Source of the DNA: Okamejei kenojei
Taxonomy: Eukaryota
Reading direction: 5' to 3'
Length of the DNA stretch: 64,000 nucleotides
NCBI GenBank assembly: GCA_035221665.1
Contig: CM069135.1
Location: forward strand, 26,474,001-26,538,000
Below the pieces are notes generated by a model, which had not been told where the DNA came from, ran no database searches, and saw only the letters and a list, made by a program, of their open reading frames with translations. Positions 61,268 through 64,000 of this stretch are shown here, in pieces. Made by a program: the position numbers and the translations under genes. Numbering within the stretch: the stretch's first letter is position 1; each line of letters begins with the position of its first letter.

Positions 61268-62964
61268 CTGCAGCAAATGAAATGGTTACATATCTCACCA
61301 CAGAAGAATGCTGGTTTTGGTTAAATGTTACTGGACGAATTATCCAGAAAAAACTCATCTTCAAATCTCACATCAGCAGCAGTCGACTTAATTTCAAATA
61401 ATTATATAAAGTGCAGAATAAAACTTAGTATGAATTATGGCAGCATAGAACCACTGTATTATTAAAAACCCAATTGGAGAGAGAGATCTGGCATCTCAGT
61501 TCAGCCCATCGGTGACTTCACATCTTCGCCACTGTTTGATTTTTACCTGCCCACAGAACCTGCCTAGAAAGCCACTCATAATCAAAAAGGATAAAAATTC
61601 AGATGCTGGGAAGTGGGAGGAAATCAGAGCAACTCTGGGGAATCCACACAGTCACAGGGAAAACTTGCAAACCAAACTTAGAAACCGTACAAGGCCCGGA
61701 TCGAGGAACAGAGCAGGAGTTTCCCCAAAATAATTGAGCAGATATTTGTTGGACACAGGGCTTCTTGTTCCACGAGAAAGAGTGCGAGAGGCAGGAGGTA
61801 GAGATGGGGGGGGGGGGTGTGTGTGAGAGAAAGGGGTGGTGAGCGTGCCCACAGGAAAGAGGGAGAGGAGGGGAGAGTGGAGGGTGGTAGTGGGGGGGGG
61901 GAACGTGAGCAGCAGGATGAGCAGGACAGCAGAGGGGAGCAGTAGATCAGGAAGGGGAGGGAATGAGAGGGAAGCGGGTGAGCTGACGAGGCAAAGATGG
62001 AGAGAGGAAAAAAAAAGTTTCACCAGAAGAATTGCGCTGATATTTGTTGAACACAGAGCCTGCTCTTTAACAGTTTATTGCAATAAAATGTTGGATCAAG
62101 TGGATCTGAAACATTAATCTGTAAAATCTGACGTGGAGTGATGCAGTTGGGCCTTCAACACTTGTTCAACAGCATCCATTGTGCGTTATTCAATGTTGAG
62201 AGGGCGTGGGTGTTGCCGGAGGAGCCAGCATTCATCACCCACCCCAAGCAGCTGCAAAAGAAACTGGCTGCAAAACCTCCCTCATGCCTTTACTACAAGC
62301 ATGCCCCAGTTTGGAGGCTGAATATCTTCCCTCACTCCAATACACTATGATATTTTATCGACAGAAGCTGCAGTGTTTGGGCGCCCACTAATCAGAGGAA
62401 TGGAGCCTCAACAATGAGCTACAGGGCACCGCCTGGAGACCACAAAACAGTTAGTTATTTTCTGTCAAACATTAGTCCCATTCAGAAGTGCTCAGTGATT
62501 TACATACATCACATTTTTATCCTTAGATGTTCAAATCTCTCTTGCATATATCTGGGACTTTTCAGCTCTGGAAATCTTAAATTATATACAACTCCCATTT
62601 GTGACAGTGGCTTTTAATGTTCATCTGGATGACATTTCCCCACACCTGATGAATGTTTATCAGACAGGCGCACATCAAAACATCAAGTACTGGGGGGAGG
62701 GGGGTCAAGTTTCTTTACGACAAAATGATGGTTTTAAATGCATACAAATTGGTTATTCAAGTTTAATCCTCAAGAGAAGAACCCATGTCCAACATGGAGG
62801 CAGCAATGTAAACACTGTATGATTGCAGTGAGAGGTCAGATGAATTGGGAAATGTTAGGATCAGTTAAAAGAGCTGCAGAAATGTAACAGCATAGTGGGG
62901 TTAGGTCATAAACGCATCTACATTGAAAATCAGTGATTAGAAAAACTCTCCCACTTGCACATAC

Positions 62965-63122
62965 CTGCATCAGCCCAGCATAACACTGCAGCGTAGGGGT
63001 CATAGGTCAGGCCGTTGGGCAGGCCCAGATCATCTTTCACAAGAACCCGTCGGTTTGTTCCATCCATGTAAGAGGTCTCAATTTTGGGAGCGGCTCTGTT
63101 CCAGTCTGTCCAGTACAGGTTT
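62965..63122 (-). CDS. NID1: Nidogen-1 exon (G3 YWTD repeat); the gene continues beyond the window
   Basis: AG/GT boundaries, 158 bp, phases 2 and 1. [52 protein letters not shown](G). Confidence 0.97.
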
Positions 63123-64000
63123 CTGAAAGAATACAATTGAGAGGTGGTCGCAGTGTCGGGATGAAGCTCAAAGGTTTCCCTGCGTGACTGATAGCGAGAC
63201 GGAAAGCTGGAGTCGACGGGTGGAACGGAAAGTGGGCAATAGCAATTCAGTGCAGAGAAGTGCAAGGGAACACATTTAAGGGCAATCAAGCTTGCGAAAA
63301 CAAAATAAATGGAGGGGATAGCAAGTATAGTGAAGCAGAACATTCTCGGAGTGCCAGAATAGGGAGAAGGCACAAGTGTAGAATGTTAGAGCACAAAGGC
63401 CATGTTGGCCCGTGCCAAACTCCAGCTGGGCCAGTGTACAGTGCTTACAGACCTATTAGGTTGCTACATGTAAGAATTAAATACTCTCGACTACACTATG
63501 CTGTGTACAAAACATCACCATGCTACTTGTGATGGACTTCTGTGCAATAGTTCTCAGGAATCCAAGTGGCACATCTTCAATGTAACAATAAAAACACAAT
63601 TGCTGGCCACCAATATGTGAAGTGGTGGAATTAAATAGTACCTGGAAGAGCGCAACATGACTGTTCATTTACAAGGCTATGGGCCAGCACTGGGAAAGAG
63701 AATTTGCCAAATGGTCATTTTTTTGGTCTGTATTGACATGATGGGCTGAATGGCTTTCTCCTACACTGTCAATTTCTCAATTTCTGGAGGAGTTTGGCAG
63801 AGGGTGGTGGGAGTCAAAACCAGCAAAGAAAGACACACAGTACTAAACTGGTTCCTGCTTTTTGAAAAGCCATTTATCTAGCCTCAGTCTCCCTGCTATT
63901 TTCCCATAGCTCACAAACAACTTATTTTCATGTATTAACCAAATCCCCTTCGAATGGCATTGATTGCATCATTGCTTCCGTTAGTCTAAACCAGGTCAAG

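Overview
Vertebrate genomic DNA, very probably from a skate or ray (inferred from the HE1-type V-SINEs and HER1/CR1 LINEs with TTCTATGT tails). The right end holds the last four coding exons and 3' UTR of nidogen-1 (NID1, minus strand). At about 10.3-10.8 kb there is a CpG-island promoter and first exon of the next minus-strand gene (LYST by human synteny, unconfirmed). The rest is densely nested transposable elements: two Tc1 copies, a near-complete DIRS1-like tyrosine-recombinase retrotransposon, Penelope elements and many hammerhead-bearing pseudo-LTRs, Vingi, Rex1/Babar and CR1 LINEs, SINEs and MITEs, plus one 195-N assembly gap. The most notable observation is a 146-bp TSD-flanked retroposon (51462-51607) whose first ~59 nt fold as a minimal HDV-like ribozyme starting exactly at the insertion boundary. 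Also notable are a Penelope split around a triplicated target site, a DIRS integrated through a 7-bp core shared with its circle junction, and an unclassified TAG...CTA element with a 7-bp TSD. Exon and TSD coordinates were read base by base. Boundaries of old repeats are approximate, and TE family names rest on motif recognition, not database searches.
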